This document shows positions 54,780-56,242 of a stretch of DNA of 56,242 nucleotides, piece by piece (the first letter of the stretch is position 1; every line of letters starts with the position of its first letter). The notes under the pieces are model-generated. The model saw only the letters and a list, made by a program, of their open reading frames with translations, searched no databases and was not told where the DNA came from. Both the position numbers and the translations under genes were made by a program. The DNA is from a virus (lineage: Duplodnaviria > Caudoviricetes), in IMG/VR virus record IMGVR_UViG_3300025424_000012, positions 1-56,242 of that record; one strand, given 5' to 3'.

Positions 54780-55390
54780 TCACCGTCCTGCAGTCGGCCC
54801 AGCTCGCCAGCGCAACCTATGCTGGCGTGCCTGCGGATTGGGATCGCCTGATCCAGACCGGGGATTTTGTTGGCGGCCTCAAAACCATCGACGGCGCCCA
54901 GGTCCTGGCCATCCGGGGCAGCCTGACCGCTGCCGACTGGATGCACGATGCCGAGGCCTGGCCGGAATGGGACCGGGAAATTGGCTTTGTCCACGCCGGC
55001 TTTCTGGCGGACGTAGACGACGCCCTGGCCCAGATCGAGCCGCTGCTGACCGGTCCGCTGACCATCCAAGGCCACAGCCTTGGCGGCGCGCGCGCCCGGA
55101 TCGTGGCGGCCAAGCTGCTGGTGCGCGGCAAAGCAGTCGCCCGGGTGTGCACATTCGGCAGCCCGAAGCCGGGTTTCGCCAACGTCGCGCGGATTCTGCA
55201 GAAGAGCGGCTGCGAGCATGTTAGCTATCGCAACCGCAACGACCCGGTGCCGCTGGTGCCGGGCATCCTGCCCGATTGGGTCCATCCCGAGCCGTGGATC
55301 GCCATGAACGAAGCGCCGGGCGGCGACGTGCTGGAAGCTCTGCGCGACCACAGCATGGATCTGTACATGCGCGGGGCTGCAAAGGTGTAG
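54776..55390 (+). CDS. Class 3 lipase (alpha/beta hydrolase)
   Basis: IRGS..DW, VHAGF, GHSLGG, TFGSP, DPVP.VP, DHSM..Y. Confidence 0.9.
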   Translation: MITVLQSAQLASATYAGVPADWDRLIQTGDFVGGLKTIDGAQVLAIRGSLTAADWMHDAEAWPEWDREIGFVHAGFLADVDDALAQIEPLLTGPLTIQGHSLGGARARIVAAKLLVRGKAVARVCTFGSPKPGFANVARILQKSGCEHVSYRNRNDPVPLVPGILPDWVHPEPWIAMNEAPGGDVLEALRDHSMDLYMRGAAKV

Positions 55391-55477
55391 CCCCGAACTT
55401 GCCAACCTGCCCCAAATCGCAAACTGACCAAAATGCTTGACTGATTTCCAGTTGTCTCCAGTTGCGAAAGCAACCTT

Positions 55478-55517
55478 GCCCCGCTTCCGGCCTTACCGCT
55501 GGGAGCGGGGCTTTTTT
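55478..55517 (+). terminator. Late operon terminator
   Basis: GCCCCGCTTCC...GGGAGCGGGGC followed by TTTTTT. Confidence 0.65.
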
Positions 55518-55534
55518 GCGTTTGGGCGTGGTGA

Positions 55535-55567
55535 GTGCGCCAACGGTGCGCCTAGCGATGCGCCTAT
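55535..55567 (+). promoter_or_regulatory. Putative integrase arm-type binding sites (right arm)
   Basis: Three tandem RTGCGCCWA repeats spaced 11-12 bp apart. Confidence 0.6.
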
Positions 55568-55595
55568 TGCTACAGCTTTGATAGCTGTAACCCTA

Positions 55596-55680
55596 TGGTG
55601 CCCGGGGCCGGAATCGAACCGGCACGCCTTGCGGCGGGGGATTTTGAGTCCCCTGCGTCTACCAATTTCACCACCCGGGC
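55596..55680 (-). tRNA. tRNA-Leu(CAA); its 3' 57 bp are the right att core
   Basis: GCCCGGGTGGTGAAATTGGTAGAC...GGGGA-CTCAAAA-TCCCC...GGTTCGATTCC...CACCA; long variable arm. Confidence 0.97.
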
Positions 55681-55721
55681 GGCTTGCGCTGTAAGACCGA
55701 AATTATGGCACAGTGTGGTGC

Positions 55722-56242
55722 ATGAATTACCCAAGCATTGAAGACGCCATAGGCAAAACGCCGCTTGCCGCTCTGCAGCGGATCGGCTCAAGGGAAAACG
55801 CCGCGCGCGGCAATGTGATCCTTGGCAAGCTCGAGGGCAACAATCCCGCAGGTTCCGTCAAGGACAGGCCTGCGTTGTCGATGATCCGGCGCGCGCAGGA
55901 GCGCGGCGAGATCAAGCCCGGTGACACCCTGATTGAAGCTACCTCGGGCAATACCGGAATTGCACTGGCCATGGCTGCTGCCATTAAGGGCTACCGCATG
56001 GTGCTCATCATGCCCGAGGACCTGTCGATTGAGCGAGCGCAAACCATGAAGGCCTTCGGCGCCGAACTCATCCTCACGCCCAAGAGCGGGGGCATGGAAT
56101 ACGCGCGCGATCTGGCGGAACAGATGCAGGACGAGGGCAAGGGGCGGATGCTCGACCAGTTCGCCAATGCCGACAACCCGCGCATCCACTACGAGACCAC
56201 CGGCCCCGAAATCTGGGCCGATACGGCAGGCCGGGTCACGCA
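55722..56242 (+). CDS. cysM: Cysteine synthase B (partial; runs off the window)
   Basis: IGKTPL, KLEGNNPAGSVKDR, EATSGNTGIALA, LDQFAN.DN...HYETTGPEIW. Confidence 0.93.
   Translation, partial: MNYPSIEDAIGKTPLAALQRIGSRENAARGNVILGKLEGNNPAGSVKDRPALSMIRRAQERGEIKPGDTLIEATSGNTGIALAMAAAIKGYRMVLIMPEDLSIERAQTMKAFGAELILTPKSGGMEYARDLAEQMQDEGKGRMLDQFANADNPRIHYETTGPEIWADTAGRVT

Larger units (their letters stand above)
38..55652. mobile_element. Apparently complete temperate prophage (contractile tail) integrated in tRNA-Leu(CAA)
   Basis: Bounded by identical 57-bp repeats matching the tRNA 3' part; integrase at one end; immunity, replication, packaging, head, sheath/baseplate and lysis modules in order. 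Confidence 0.97.

Overview
The window is almost entirely one apparently intact ~55.6 kb temperate prophage with a contractile tail (myovirus-type). It is integrated in the 3' end of a tRNA-Leu(CAA) gene, bounded by 57-bp att direct repeats at 38-94 and 55596-55652, next to host cysM. The host is probably a GC-rich betaproteobacterium (inference). Gene order is lambdoid: int/xis; a long leftward early operon (mosaic genes, C5 DNA methyltransferase, YqaJ recombination module); a cI/cro switch with readable operators and promoters; rightward cII, helicase-methyltransferase, replication, nin-like, RusA and Q-like genes; a ~0.8 kb highly structured non-coding tract; head, tail and baseplate; and an extended lysis region ending in a lipoprotein plus lipase. 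The main finding is a complete diversity-generating retroelement (RT, Avd, template repeat) inside the EARLY operon. It has two variable repeats that differ from the template only at adenines. They lie in two small paralogous DUF1566/C-type-lectin-like proteins with no signal peptide, not in the tail fibre. The RT reading frame is coupled to avd and runs through the template repeat. Other leads are an Acb2/Tad1-like sponge candidate, a candidate large ncRNA, a lysis cassette with a lipase and no recognisable spanin, and a repressor without a self-cleavage domain. All family assignments come from motif recognition by eye; no database searches were run.
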